Source: Octopus vulgaris
Taxonomy: Eukaryota
Assembly: GCA_951406725.2 (NCBI GenBank)
Contig: OX597825.1
Coordinates: 30,318,001 to 30,382,000 of the forward strand
Reading direction: 5' to 3'
Length of the DNA: 64,000 nucleotides
Position 1 is the first letter of the stretch. Every line of letters starts with the position of its first letter. Positions 13,127 to 26,494 of this stretch are shown here, in pieces. The notes under the pieces are model-generated. The model saw only the letters and a list, made by a program, of their open reading frames with translations, did not search any database and was not told the DNA's origin. The translations under genes and the position numbers were made by a program.

Positions 13127-13689
13127 TTAAGAGTGAACGATGAAATTTCACATTCTTCACAATAGACCAGAGATCATCTTCAAACTGTTTCAATTTTGGG
13201 TTAGGTGGAGGATTATTTTAGATTTAAAAAATTTGCTGAATTCAGAAGTGTGTTCATTAGAAGGTTGTTTAATGTCTTTATTGTCGAAGAAGAAAGCAAG
13301 CCATCGAATATGGTTAATAAAGAAGATTGTCTTACTAATGAGTTGTTTAAGGAAAGCCTTTCTTGGGGAAATAGGTATATACTTAAAAGATATGTTTATA
13401 TTAAACAACTTCATATGTGGTAACTATATAATTTGCCGGTTATATGAAAACCTGATTGAAGAAGTGTATATAAATGTATGTATATATTTTCAGTGTGTAC
13501 AAATAACAAGGAAAAAAAAAAATAGTTTCAAGGGTAGCAAAAATTCAAATAAAACAAACAGCCTACTTATAAAGGTAGAAATTCCAGGGTTAAGTGAATT
13601 GTTTTTATATAACATGGATAAATTAAGAAATTGAGTCAAACGCTAACGATTCTTTGAACAATAATGACAACTTTATATATATATATATT

Positions 13690-14037
13690 TGTTTCAACGG
13701 GGAGGTTTTCCCTCTTTCTCAAAGGCTGTCATTACTTTTGAGACAGTAGTTCTTGATACACCAAACGTTTCAGCTGTTTTCATTACGCTAGCACCTGCCA
13801 TACGAGCACCAAGAATTTGATCTCTTTGAAAGTCTGATAGATCTGTCATTTTAATGAAATTTAATTACCTTTTTCTGATGATGTCTGAAAAGAAACAGCA
13901 ATTTTTGCAAAACATGTTAAGCAACATTAATAATAAATCAAAAACATAAAAATACGCAAGCTTTTGATGGTTTTATAGATACTTCAAAATTATGATGCTA
14001 TAATGCTAGGTGTTTCCATTATTTTGTCCAACCCCTG
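13690..14037 (-). mobile_element. Tc1-family transposon 5' fragment
   Basis: TA + TIR caggggttggacaaaataatggaaacac; from 13849 it encodes MTDLSDFQRDQILGARMAGASVMKTAETFGVSRTTVSKVM (Tc1 HTH), missed by the ORF track. Confidence 0.85.
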
Positions 14038-14065
14038 TATATATGTATATATGTATATATGTATG

Positions 14066-14094
<29 letters not shown>

Positions 14095-14100
<6 letters not shown>

Positions 14101-14290
14101 ACATGTTTGTGTGTTTGTGCTTGTTGCCCTACCATTGCTTGACAAGTGATGTTGGTGTGTTTACATCCCCGTAGCTTAGTGGTTTGGCAAAAGAGACTGA
14201 TAGAATAAGTGCTAGGCTTACAAAGAATAGGTCCTGGGGTCAATTTGCTTAACTAAAGACAGTGCTCCAGAATGACCACAATAAAATAGA
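14095..14290 (+). mobile_element. SINE family A, 3' half
   Basis: gcttgacaag...ggcaaaagagactgatagaataagt. Confidence 0.75.
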
Positions 14291-16009
14291 ATATATGTGT
14301 GTCTGTGTATGTATGTGTTTAATGTGTGTGTGTGTGTGTTTGTACGTATGTATGTAAAACTATTTTAAGGTCAATAAACACTGAAATAACAGTGCAAAAA
14401 AACCCCTAAAGAACAAAGTTTAGTGAATATGGTATTTGTTGCTTGAAAAGTTGAAATGTGGAGTGCCTTAAGCTTAGTCCTTACAGACACTACTCTTTCC
14501 ATTCTTCGTTGAGATCTGTTTTGTGTTTGCACAAAAACTTATGCCATTCTATTCTTGAAAGATGTGCTTTGAATAAAAAAGGAAGTTTGAATTATTAAAT
14601 TCTCGCAGACACACTATGAGTTTCTTGCCTTGTAACATACTACTGCTTAATGAATGATGTATACTGAGCTGTTTTAACAAACTGGATCTTAAACACAATT
14701 TGTTCTTTTAACCTTTATTTTTTTTACCTGTTTATTGTCTATTACCAACAGTTTTTAATATATGGACTTTAAAAAAAACAATCTACGTTTTTGTCACTAT
14801 TACTATACTTTCTAGTTTTTCATATATTCTTATCTGAAGGTTGCTTATATTTTTTCCTGGATTCAAAGAACTTTTGTTCTTTTCAGCACCAAACTTTCTG
14901 TGTTTTGTTATGGTTGATTCTACTCTATTCATTCAACTAATTAACTTTTATTGAAATTTTTAACTAATATTTTATACTTTTTACGTCCTCTTAAAAAAGT
15001 TTATCTGAAATAATTTCATATATTTTTGAACAGCCCACTCTTGGGTTTTCTTTTTTTTATTATAATTTAACTCTGTATTTCTCAATTTCTATACTTCATC
15101 TACACACACACATACACACACACACACACATACGTTTGTAGATTAAGGCTCATGTGTAAGAATGTATCTGTTGCACATTTGCATGCTGCATGTAATTGAA
15201 TGCATCATTGCATACGGATCTCTGTGTATGTCCATCAAATATATATTTACATTGAATCATTTTATTTCATTCCAACACATTTTTATCAACCATTTTCAAC
15301 ACATACATTTTCTTCAATGTTTATTCAATACATTTCTTATGCATCTCTTCACACATACATACTTATTAATATCTTTTACGATTCCTTTTTGGCGCATTTG
15401 TTACAAATTTTATTTATTTCAATATTCTACACATTTATCTATATACAAAATTCCAGAATTCTATTAGAATCTCTTCTTCTTACCTATACCTATTCTTCAT
15501 TTTCTTTTCCTTCTGTAAATTATATTTTTGTTTCCTTCTTCATCTTCTTTAACTCTTCCTATTTCTCCCCCTACTACAACTTCTTTTCCTTGTCCTTTTG
15601 CCTTTTTGTTTTACTCCCCATAGCCTTTTTGCCTTTTCTTTCTGCTCCTTTGTACTCCCCTCCACCTCTTCTCCCAACTCCTTCTTCACTTTGCTCATTT
15701 TTCATGCCAGGAGAATAATAAACAAATAAAAAGAAGGCAATCAAGAGAAGTAACAGGAAGGGTGGGGCGTGGGGGGAATGGGGTTTCTCTTCCAATCCTT
15801 CCCTGTCATCACATCGCTTCCCTTCTCTTCTGTTATCCCTTCTCTTCTTTTTATATTCTTCCATTTCTGCCTCTAACTCCTTCTCTGGCAATTTACTATT
15901 TTGTTTTGATTTTGTTTGACATTTATGCGAGTATTTACAGGCATACCCCCTTGCAAACATGCACCCTTGCAAACATAAATATATGGATATGCAGATGCAT
16001 ACCCTTATA

Positions 16010-16465
<456 letters not shown>

Positions 16466-17044
16466 AACTGAACTGAAGTAGTTATTTGGTTGAGATAGCA
16501 CATATTTTAAAAAATGAGAACTCAATAAGCCTGTTGAGTGAATATACCTATTATTAGAGAATCTGCCTATTGTTACAATGTTTGAAGCATTTAAGTATCA
16601 ATTTTGCCAACAGTTGCATAATAGATTGCAACATATCCAGAAAGCTGAAGGCACATCAGCGCTTTCCCTGCATGTTGAAGATTATACATATCCTACAATT
16701 TAGAATCGTTCTAGTTGTGGCTACTTCATGCAGGAAGCACTTTTTGCTTTTAAAAGAAAACAGAATTAATTTTAGTTTTAACACAAGTTTATCATCCTTA
16801 GATGCTGTAGAAATCAGGTTTACACTGCAACTAGTGTAGTAATAGTATATTACTTATGTATGCACGACACATACATACAGGCATACACACCCACAGACAA
16901 AGCATTTACATGTACATATGCACAAATGAATGCAGAAGATACAGTCACGTGATTATATTAGAATTATGCATGCTGTGACATTCACAGTATGCATTCACAC
17001 CCAGATAAATACATACATGCTTAACAACTATAATCTGACTCATT

Positions 17045-17720
17045 TTTTATCTTTTATTTGTTTCAGGCATTGGATAGTGGCCATGCAGGGACACCACCTT
17101 GAAAGGAAATTTTTTTTTTGGTCGAATGAATCAATCCCGGTACATTTTTTTAAAGCCTGGTTTATTTTGTTGGTTTCTTTTCCCAAACTGCTGTTATGGG
17201 GACTTAAACAAAAGCAATGCCAGTTTTCAAGCATTGGTGACAAAGATATACATATATATATATATAAAATTTAATAGGAGCAGAAATTGATATTAATCAA
17301 TTAAAACCAGTGGCCTAGCATATTAAAGAAATCCGAAGATTAAAATATTTTTACATACAAAATTTAAAGGACTGACCACTAAAAGTGGATGGTCAACATG
17401 CTAGATATAGACGTCAAAATCACTATTTTCCACGAAGAATGTGTTCTCAAATAAAAACTCAGTACAAACCAAAGCGTTAAAAATAAGCAAGACAAATGAA
17501 AATATACGAAATAAAAACGATTTATATATACATATATATATATAAATACATAGACATATACAATGGGTTTCTTTTAGTTTCCATCTACCAAATCTACTTA
17601 CAAGGTTATCATCAGCCTGATGCTATAGCAAGAGGCATTTGCCAAAGGTGCCATTCATTGGGAGTGAATGCAAGAACACGTGACTAGGAAGCAAGCTTCT
17701 TACCACACAGCCATGTCTGT
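17045..17720 (-). mobile_element. SINE family A split by an insertion in its internal TA tract
   Basis: 3' half at 17045-17245, 5' half at 17560-17720. Confidence 0.7.
17267..17525 (+). mobile_element. TA-flanked insertion (PLE-terminus-like) with a structured motif
   Basis: Bounded by TA tracts inside a SINE; shares motif layout with 9641-9860. Confidence 0.5.
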
Positions 17721-17777
17721 ACCTTGCCTGTACTTTGCCAATGCTTTGACTTAACCATTGCAAACGCACAAAATATT

Positions 17778-18210
17778 TTTTTTCTACTCTAGGTACAAGG
17801 CCCGAAATTTTTGAAGAGGGACCAGTCGATTAGATCGACTCCAGTACACAACTGGTACTTAATTTATGAACCTCGAAAGGATGAAAGGCAAAGTCAACCT
17901 TGGCAGAATTTGAAGTCAGAATCTAAAGACAGACGAAATACTACTAAGCATGTCACCCAGCATGTTAATGTTTCTTATTTCTTTATTGCTCACAAGGGGA
18001 TAAACATAGGGGGAACAAACAAGAATAAAACAAAGGGATTAAGTCGATTACATCAACCCCAGTGCATAACTGGTACTTAATTTATCGACCCCGAAAGGAT
18101 GAAAGGCAAAGTCGACCTCGGTGGAATTTGAACTCAGAACATAATGGCAAACGAAATACCACTAAGCATTTTGCCCGGCATGCTAACGTTTCTGCCAGTT
18201 CACCACCTTA
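17778..18210 (-). mobile_element. Dimeric SINE family B
   Basis: Two tandem bodies; TSD gcacaaaatatt at 17766-17777 and 18214-18225. Confidence 0.85.
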
Positions 18211-18568
18211 GATGCACAAAATATTATTTAAGTTCTTATGTTTACAAACTCATTTGTATAAAATAGGAAATATGCATGTATATGAGTGTATACATATTTA
18301 TATATACATATATATTTTCTTATTCTTTTATTTGTTTCAGTCATTGATTCCCCTCTCTATGCCACCAATGGTATCCAAGGGAAAAGTAATGGCCAGTACA
18401 GATTGCTACCAGTGACATCGGAACTCATTTCTGCATCTGAATGAGATGGAGCAACAGGAAATAAAGTATCTTGCTCAAGAATGCAACATAGCCCAGTCCA
18501 AGAATCAAACTTACTACCTTATGATTGTGAACCCAACACTCTAACCACTGACCCATATATATATATAA

Positions 18569-18815
18569 ATGAAAGAATGGAGTTGAAAGACGATTTAACA
18601 AAATTCCTTTATTCTCGAAGAAAGGAATTTTGTTAAATCGTCGTTCAACTCCATTCTTTGATTTATTTGTATTAAAAAACACACAAATTTCCACACGAAA
18701 GCACGTGATCTCTGCCCTTGGCATGTAGCTTCAACCGTGTTTTTCTGACGTGAATTTGCTACCCAGGTATCGGTTAACCGAATTATCCATACTAAGATAA
18801 TTCATTCAACTACTT
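18569..18815 (+). mobile_element. Second copy of the 1633-1978 element, lacking the hammerhead spacer
   Basis: Same arms and tail; the spacer is reduced to attctcgaag (18611-18620). Confidence 0.8.
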
Positions 18816-19501
18816 ATATATATATATATATAAATCCTTAAAATCCTTTAAAATGTTTTAGCCCAAAGGCCACGGCCATGCTGGGGCACCACCATAATAA
18901 TAATATATATACTCTGATTTAAAGTGACATTTACTTAAACACATTCTGTTAAACCAAATCCCAAAACGAAATATTATTTAAACAATTAACTGAAAAATCA
19001 TGAGCTAACTCCAACTCAAATCAAACCCACATATCAACACTAACATGGTTCCTTGTGCATATATATACATATGTGTGTGTGTGTCATATAAGCACTTACA
19101 TTCATATACACCTGTATATACGCACACCACACATACTCACATATGTGTACATATATCACGAAAATTTACACACATTTATGCATTCATAAAACTTGATTTA
19201 CATGTTCTCATTCAAATACTCATAAATATTTTTTCACACACATCTGGATGGCCATGGTGGAAAATGTTTCTTGTTATCAGCCATAATGAAAAAAAAACAT
19301 ATTTGAAAAAATGCATTTCATTTTTGAGTGTTTTACTCAATTGTTGATATGGCATTATATGCTGAATCAAACATTGGTGGACTTCTGGGGATTGTTTTTT
19401 TTTTCTTTCCAATAGAATATTACTAGTAATTGTAGTTCATTTCTGATTTATTACCAGTTAACTAATTATTTAATTAGACTTTAACCAACCAATTTAATTA
19501 A

Positions 19502-19551
19502 ACTTTGACAAACCAATTAATCAATTAATTAGTTAATTGCTTTGTCAAAGT
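19502..19551. repeat. Near-perfect 50 bp palindrome
   Basis: actttgacaaaccaattaa / ttaattgctttgtcaaagt. Confidence 0.8.
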
Positions 19552-19982
19552 CCTTTAATCACACCTTGTGACCTTATCGATGTTCTGTTCATCAGGCATT
19601 TTTTTTTCCCATGCTTGTCTGCACTTTCACTCCTTAGTCTTTGCTTGTTTTTCTAAACGAGATTTTAGAGTTGAACTGTGGATACACCACAACACTACAA
19701 TAATTTTTCTTTCCATAGTGTTTCTTTATTGCTGTTGTTTAACCCTAGGTCAGTCTTGATTGAACAAATCTCTGTTTAACCCTTTAGCATTCAGATTATT
19801 TTGTCAAAAGTAATACTTTTTTTATTCTCATTCTTTAAAGTTAATCCTGTATTATCTTGTAACTTTGGGATTTCAAAGTCGTGATTCTTTTATCTTTTAA
19901 CTTTTACTTGTTTCAGTCATTAATCTATGGCCATGCTGGGGCACCACCTTGAAGAATTTTACTTGAATGAATCAACCCTACT

Positions 19983-20271
19983 GTAGAGATGCAATGGCCC
20001 AGGGGTATGGCAGTGGACTCATGGTCGAAGGATCGCAGTTTTGATTCCCAGCAAAAACACCTAAAGCTCCATGAGGCTCCAGCAGGGGGTGGTGGCAACC
20101 CCTGTTGTACTCTTTCACCCCAACTTTCTCTCACTCTTTCTTCCTGTTTCCTGAGTAACGCTACGATGGACTGGCGTCCCGTCCAGCTGGGGGGAACACA
20201 TACACCACAGAAACTGAGAAACCGGGCCCATGAGCCTGGTTAGGTTTGAAAAGGGCGCATAAATAAAAAAA
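19983..20271 (+). mobile_element. SINE with family C head and V-domain-like tail
   Basis: 13 bp TSD aatcaaccctact (19970-19982, 20272-20284); gatggactggcgtcccgtccag motif. Confidence 0.85.
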
Positions 20272-20534
20272 AATCAACCCTACTACCTATTTTTTAAAAT
20301 TCAGGTACTTAATTTATTGTACTCTTTTGCTGAACTGTTAAGTTACAGGGACATAAACACGCTAACACTGCTTATCAAGCAGTGGGGGAGGAGCAAACAC
20401 ACACATACACACACACACACATGTATGTATGTACATAGACATAATTGTGTGGTAATACTTCAAGTAGAAAAGCACTTGATCAACTAAGAGAGTAAAGATA
20501 ATCTTATAATAAAAAAACACAGATCTTATTAAAT

Positions 20535-20590
20535 GCAGCTACCCACGGTTTCCTGGTCACAATAATTTATACCACCATTTATCAAGTGGA
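20535..20590 (-). ncRNA. Decayed hammerhead-like motif in an inverted-repeat insertion
   Basis: Minus strand: tTGATaA-atggt..accag-GAAA-CCgtgGG-TA; imperfect arms at 20505-20530 / 20592-20619; stem I poor. Confidence 0.35.
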
Positions 20591-22278
20591 GAATAAGACC
20601 ATTGCAGTTTTTTTATTATATATGACATATATATGACAGGCTTCTTTCAGTTTCCATCCACCAAATCAACTCACAAGGTTTTGGCTGACCTGAGGCTATA
20701 GAAGAATACACTTATCCAAGGTGCCATGCAGTGGGACTGAACTCAGAACTATGTAGTTAGAGAGCAAACTTCTTTGACATTGTAGGAAAGGTGTGAGAGT
20801 GTTGATCTGGCCACTTTGAAAATAAAACAGGTAGAATATTTGGGCCGGTCATGGTTAGTTTAAATGCTGAAAGGTTAAAGGCATTCACCCATGGCTATAC
20901 AATCTTTATTTATATGAAGGACTGTACTGAATATAGTAGCATGGCTTAATGCCCAAAGACCAAATATATCAAGAAGTTAATAAATATAGTTTATATACAA
21001 CATAAGAAATCTGTTATGGTTTACTCTCTGTCACGTGAAACATACCAATACAAATTTAATTTAGACAACTAAGCACAACAACAGTTATAGACAAACCTAC
21101 AAAATGCATCACATTCTTCCATTTTTCATTTCTTTTTTTTTTTGCAATTTATTTTTAAGCTAATTAAATCTACATTTGATGGAGTGTGACAGTTTTCTCA
21201 AGCCAAAAATGTACCCATGATTTTATTAAATATATTTTATGAGTTGTATAATCCTTAGGTATTATGAATGTTGTTATCTTGCCACAAGGCACCTACCACT
21301 ATGATAGACTTTAACTGTTAATCTCATAATTTTTCATTTGCAAATATATTCTATGCTCAGAAATCAGTCCTGTGGTTGCTAATTTCTTGTTTATGACTTT
21401 TTATTTATTTTCAGTTTATTTATTTATATATTACTTCTGCATTCATATTTTAATAAAACTTAGTATTATTGATGTGAGAAAAGCAGAGGATAATGAACAT
21501 AATAGAATAAAGGAAACATCCGGCCAGCCAGCCATCAAACCAGCCAGCCAGTTGGGAGGCCTGCCATTCATATCCTTTCATTGGTATCACATGGTGCAAA
21601 TGCTCTTTACAGTGCATCATCTAACATTAGTCTATGTGTATAATCAACCGAACTACCTGTGCACAGGTTATGAGCTGGAAATCTGCTGTTGGTGTATCAT
21701 TAAGTTTATTAATACCCACTTTTTATTCTGCATTCTGCATTATTTGTTGAGAAGTGGAATCAGAAAATCTGGGAGTGTTACCTGTCATAGAGTAAAATTC
21801 CATACAGCTTTACCCACTAATCACTCATCACCATAACATTAGAGTTAGGCATCAATCGAACCTTTAATGGGGCCTTGGAGTTTAGTGGGCTATTCAGAGT
21901 TTCTATACAGTGTGCATACAAAAATATTTAACTTTCATAGAGCCCAGGTCACCTAACTGTAAATATGCACCACAAGATAGAAAGTAATTAATCAATATAG
22001 CAAAGACTGTTATATTAAATAGACTGTTACCAGTCTATTTGATCTGGTCTCACATTAACAGACCACATGATACTTCTTACAAACAGTTTGGCAAAATAAA
22101 GACTATAGAATCAAATGTGTAACTCAAAACAGACAGCAGCAATACTCGTGCAGCAATCGATTTGAACTCAAGACCTTTGAGTTGGTTATCCAGAGTCATA
22201 GCTACTCAGTTACATCTTCCCTACAAACTGTATGGTTAGCCATACTCCATAAATAATCAGGGAAGGAAAGAAAGGTAG

Positions 22279-22314
22279 TTTTTAACCTTTGGGGCAAAGC
22301 TCTTCATCAGAAAC
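22279..22314 (-). ncRNA. Decayed minimal hammerhead
   Basis: Minus strand: ttt-CTGATGA-agagc ttt gccc-cAAA-ggtt-aaaa; CTGATGA intact, GAAAC mutated. Confidence 0.5.
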
Positions 22315-23233
22315 AGGAGACAGAGGAAAGTCCAAGGGCAAAGGAAGACGGAGAGAAAAAAATCACCAATGATCCACATGTGGTTACATTTTAAAATATA
22401 TATAATTATAATGATAGAGAATATGAGACTGGTGAATCCTCAAAATTTATTTCCTTTTACTTTATGGTATGTCATACAATATGTTTTTATGGTTATAACC
22501 TACATGTCTTTCTGTAGCTTCATTCAGAGTGTTTCAACCATCAACCATAGAATTCTACAACCATATCAGATTCAGGATTCAAGCAAACCGTCCCTCACTT
22601 TCTCTTGAATCCTGCCCAATAAACAAATAACCGAATTCAATTTACTTTGGGCCAAGTTGGTTGAAAGATTCTGAATGAAACTGTACAGAAAATTATGTAT
22701 ATATATATAAATTGTGACCCCCTTCGGTCATGAATGACCATGGGATTGCACCTAGAAAGTTACCCTCCCAGGCACAAGTCCAGGCAATCACCCACGCATA
22801 CCAACCTCCTCTGTCCATGCCACCGATGTTATCCAAGGGAAAGGCAAAATTATGCCTGGTTGCATATGCGACTGCTCATACTCTGAGCAGCAGAAACAGG
22901 TGTAGGACAGCATAACCATAAAAATATGCTGTATGACCATAAAATAAAAGGAAATAAATTTTGAGGATGTACCAGTATCCATGTTCTGTATCATTATAAT
23001 AATTGCAACTATACACTCCAAATGATATGATCCAGTGAAGCGAACATTGAATTACGCATCAGAGGAATTTACAATATGAGTGACAACTCCTAGTAGTCAT
23101 AGACGTTAAATACTAATTGCTGCAGTTAGCTGTAACCTGGAACATAACTGAGAGTCACCACAGAGGCCAACCGGAAAATATATCCTTCTAAACCCACATT
23201 AATATTCATATATATATATATATATATATATAT

Positions 23234-23590
23234 GGGTGCAGGAGTGGCTGTATGGTAAGTGGCTTGCTTACCAACTTCATGGTTCCGGGTTCAGTCCCAC
23301 TGCATGACATCTTAGGCAAGTGACTTCTACTATAGGCTTGGTCCGACCAAATTCTTGTGAATGGATTTGGTAGACAGAAACTGAAAGAAACCCATCAGAT
23401 ATGTGTGTGTTAGTGTGTTTGTCCCCCTACCATTGCCTGACAACCGATGTTGGTGTGTTTACATCCCCATAACTTTGCAGTTCAGCAAAAGAGATCAATA
23501 GAATAAGTATTAGGCTTATCGATTTGTTCAACTAAAGGTAGTGCTCCATCATAACTGCAGTCAAATGACTGTAACAAATAAAAGAAAAGA
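23234..23590 (+). mobile_element. SINE family A, full length
   Basis: ggtgcaggagtggctgtatggtaag...gggttcagtcccac...gtcaaatgactg. Confidence 0.85.
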
Positions 23591-23599
23591 ATATATAAA

Positions 23600-23639
<40 letters not shown>

Positions 23640-24228
23640 CAAAAGACACTTGCAGAAATTATTACATAATGGGATTGAACCCAAAACCATGTGGCTCCCA
23701 AGCAAACTTCTTAACCACACAGCCATGCTTGCACCAATAGTTACGTTTGCATATCTTTTCCTAAAAATACTAAATGCCATCTTAGATCTCATTTTCCAAC
23801 TGTATGTCAACTGCAATATCAGTTTAATGGTCTGTGACTATTTTGGTTGTAATGTTCTATATTTTTGCTACATAAATCTTTGAGAAAATGTTACAGTTAA
23901 TGTTTGCAGCTTTAATAACAATAGCAGTAAACATTTTAAGATTTACTTTTACAGTTTTTCCATTTTCCTTGCTAGATGGAAGAGGGGGAAGATTTTCTAC
24001 AGCTGGATGCTCTTCCCATTACCAACATTCACCATTTTCTTTGCTAGGTAATATTTCCCATTGGTTGGACATGTTTTCACAGAAGAATGAAAATAAATGA
24101 CATCACTTGTATGATGGTGAGGCTCACAACTATCACAAGATGTCAAGACAAAGATACCTCAATGTGCACACATATACATACCAACGTATATCCACAGACA
24201 CACATACATACATACATACATACATAAA

Positions 24229-24621
24229 TCTATATATATATAATACTGAAGTTGTCTGTGTGTGGCAGGTTTGGTAGCCTTCAACTAACACTATCTCCTC
24301 CGAGACCCTGCGGTGCAAATTGACCAAAATTGATAGTATGATAGAAGAAGGCTTGCTCTTCATTCCGTAGGAGATGAAATTCAAATCGGACCATGTTAAA
24401 ACCAAAGTTTATTTACATCAAAAAGGTGCTTTTTTTTCTATGAAAATCCCTATTTTTTACGATTTGTTTACTGTTGTGTCGCCATTTTTCGGTGTATTTC
24501 AGCCAGAAAAATGTTCACTTAAAGAGAAAAACAAGCTACATAATGCAAAATTTTTACTTTTCAAAGATTCCAATTCTAAAGGGTCGAAACAAACCTGAGC
24601 AACGCCAGGCAATACTGCTAG
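24229..24621 (+). mobile_element. Non-autonomous Helitron, second subfamily
   Basis: A|TC start; ends cctgagcaacgccagg hairpin + caatactgCTAG|T. Confidence 0.8.
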
Positions 24622-25049
24622 TACATACATACATACATAGATACATAAATACATACATACATACTTACATGGTGATTGCTCCATCTTTACAGATGATTGC
24701 TGTCCCCATGTGCTTCATTGTTGTCAGTGGCATTTCTGACTTTCCATCCATCACCTTTCAGACGACTATTCAATCCTACTGCAGCTCTGCATAGTTTGAA
24801 GTATAGGCAGCAAAGAAAAGGTGTAACTTACTCTGTGTACCCAAATGGTCTGCATACGGCACCACTCTACTATAGGACTTTCAGAAGATGGAATAACAAA
24901 AGAGGTCACCACCAAATGATAGCCGTATGAATCCAGATTATTGTAATAAACAGTTGTATAACATGAAAATCATTCTGAGTCTTTGTGATTAATACCAAGT
25001 GATGGGCAAAAGCAAGATGACCAGTTATTATGTGATGCCATGAGCTTAT

Positions 25050-25540
25050 AAGTGCTGGTGCTACCTTAAAAGGTACCCAGTACACTCTGTAAAATGGTTT
25101 GCATTAGGAAAGGCATCGAGCCATAGGAATAATGTGTGACTTACAGGGAGCCTGAATAGCCCATCAGCTGATCAGCTCCTGTCAAATCGTCCAACACATA
25201 CCAGCATGGAAAACGGACATTAAATGATGATGATGAAAATGATGATGATGATGATGGTGGTGGTGTTGGTGGTGGTGGTGGTGGTGGTGGTGCTGGAGGT
25301 GTTGGTGGTGATATATATATATATACATATATATCACCATCATCATCATCATCGTTTAACGACCGCTTTCCATGCTGGCATGAGTTGGATGGTTCGACTG
25401 AAGACTGGCAAGCCCATAGGCTGCACCAGGCTCCAATCTGTTGTAGCAAGGTTTCCACAGCTAGATACCTTTCGTAACGCCAACCATTCTGAGAGTGTAG
25501 TGGGTGCTTGTTACATGCCACTGTTATGGTTGCCACATTC
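25050..25540. mobile_element. Two RTE-LINE 3' tails in tail-to-tail orientation
   Basis: ccagcatggaaaacggacattaaa(tga)n, then a TA spacer, then (cat)n cgtttaacgaccgctttccatgctgg. Confidence 0.75.
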
Positions 25541-25764
25541 ACACACACATACACACTCACACACACATACACACTCACACACACACACACATACAAAAGG
25601 CTTCTTTCAATTTTTATCTACCAAATCCACTCACATGACTTTGGTCTTTCCACATGTTGGTACTGAATGTGTTATCATGTGATTGAGAAGTGAATATCTT
25701 AACCACATTGCCATACCTGTGCTTGTTTTCATTTTATTATATTATTCAATCAAAAAGGACCAAT

Positions 25765-26190
25765 CGCAGGAGTGGCTGTGTGGTAAGTGGCTTGCTTACC
25801 AACCACATGGTTCTGGGTTCAGTCCCACTGCGTGACACCTTGGGCAAGTGTCTTCTACTATAGCCTCAGGCCGACCAGGACGACCAAAGCCTGAAAAAAG
25901 CCTGAAAAAAGCCCATCATAAATATGTGTGTGTTTGTGTGTGTAAGTGTTTGTGTGTGTGTGTATGTGTGTGTATATGTTTGTGTGTCTGTGTTTGTCCC
26001 CCAACATCGCTTGACAACCAATACTGGTGTGTTTACGTCCCCGTCACTTAGCAGTTCAGCAAAAGAGACCGATAGAATAAGTACTTGGTTTACAAAGAAT
26101 AAGTCATGGGGTCGATTTCTTCGACTAAAGGCAGTGTTCCAGCATGGCCACAGTCAAATGACTGAAACAAATAAAAGAGTAGAATAGTAA
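25765..26190 (+). mobile_element. SINE family A, full length
   Basis: Head, CORE-like caccttgggcaagtg, TG tract and tail all present. Confidence 0.85.
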
Positions 26191-26494
26191 AAGAATCTAG
26201 CCATTTACATTTGATCTTCTGTTCACCTGCACCACTCCTGTCTTGATTTATACTTTGGATTCCAAATACCTTTAAATGCAAGACTTGTGGTAGCATTTTT
26301 AGGATATATACTCTCTGTAAAGTAGTTAGGAATAGGAAGAGGATGCTGTCATAGAAAACATGCTAGAAATGAAATGCTTGGGAGAGACTTAGGCCTCTGA
26401 CACTTCATAGAAAGCTATAACTCCAAATAAGAACAACTCCTCTGACCCATACTACCAGCATGGAAAGTGGTCATGAAATGAAGGGGATAATGCT

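Larger units (their letters stand above)
10530..13414 (-). pseudogene. Penelope-like retroelement ORF (RT + C-terminal GIY-YIG-type endonuclease region), decayed
   Basis: Colinear minus-strand pieces: KYIPISPRKAFLKQLISK..IRWLAFFF; SDKTGSIYKL; FIQFDI..FNVTMGSSD..GLYHDN (decayed YxDD); NFLDI; NHPK..RLSRLS; IDKNFPQNSRYHSII; KRISNHYSTF..TGLSKLIWSLK..WKIL..PLCNEE. Confidence 0.85.
19780..20874. mobile_element. piggyBac-type MITE expanded by nested insertions
   Basis: TTAA|ccctttagcatt ... aatgctgaaagg|TTAA. Confidence 0.75.

Noticed and set aside
13140-13634. 164 aa plus-strand ORF
   Set aside because: Antisense shadow of the PLE 5' region.
21372-21836. 154 aa ORF
   Set aside because: No recognisable domain; composition typical of AT-rich non-coding DNA.
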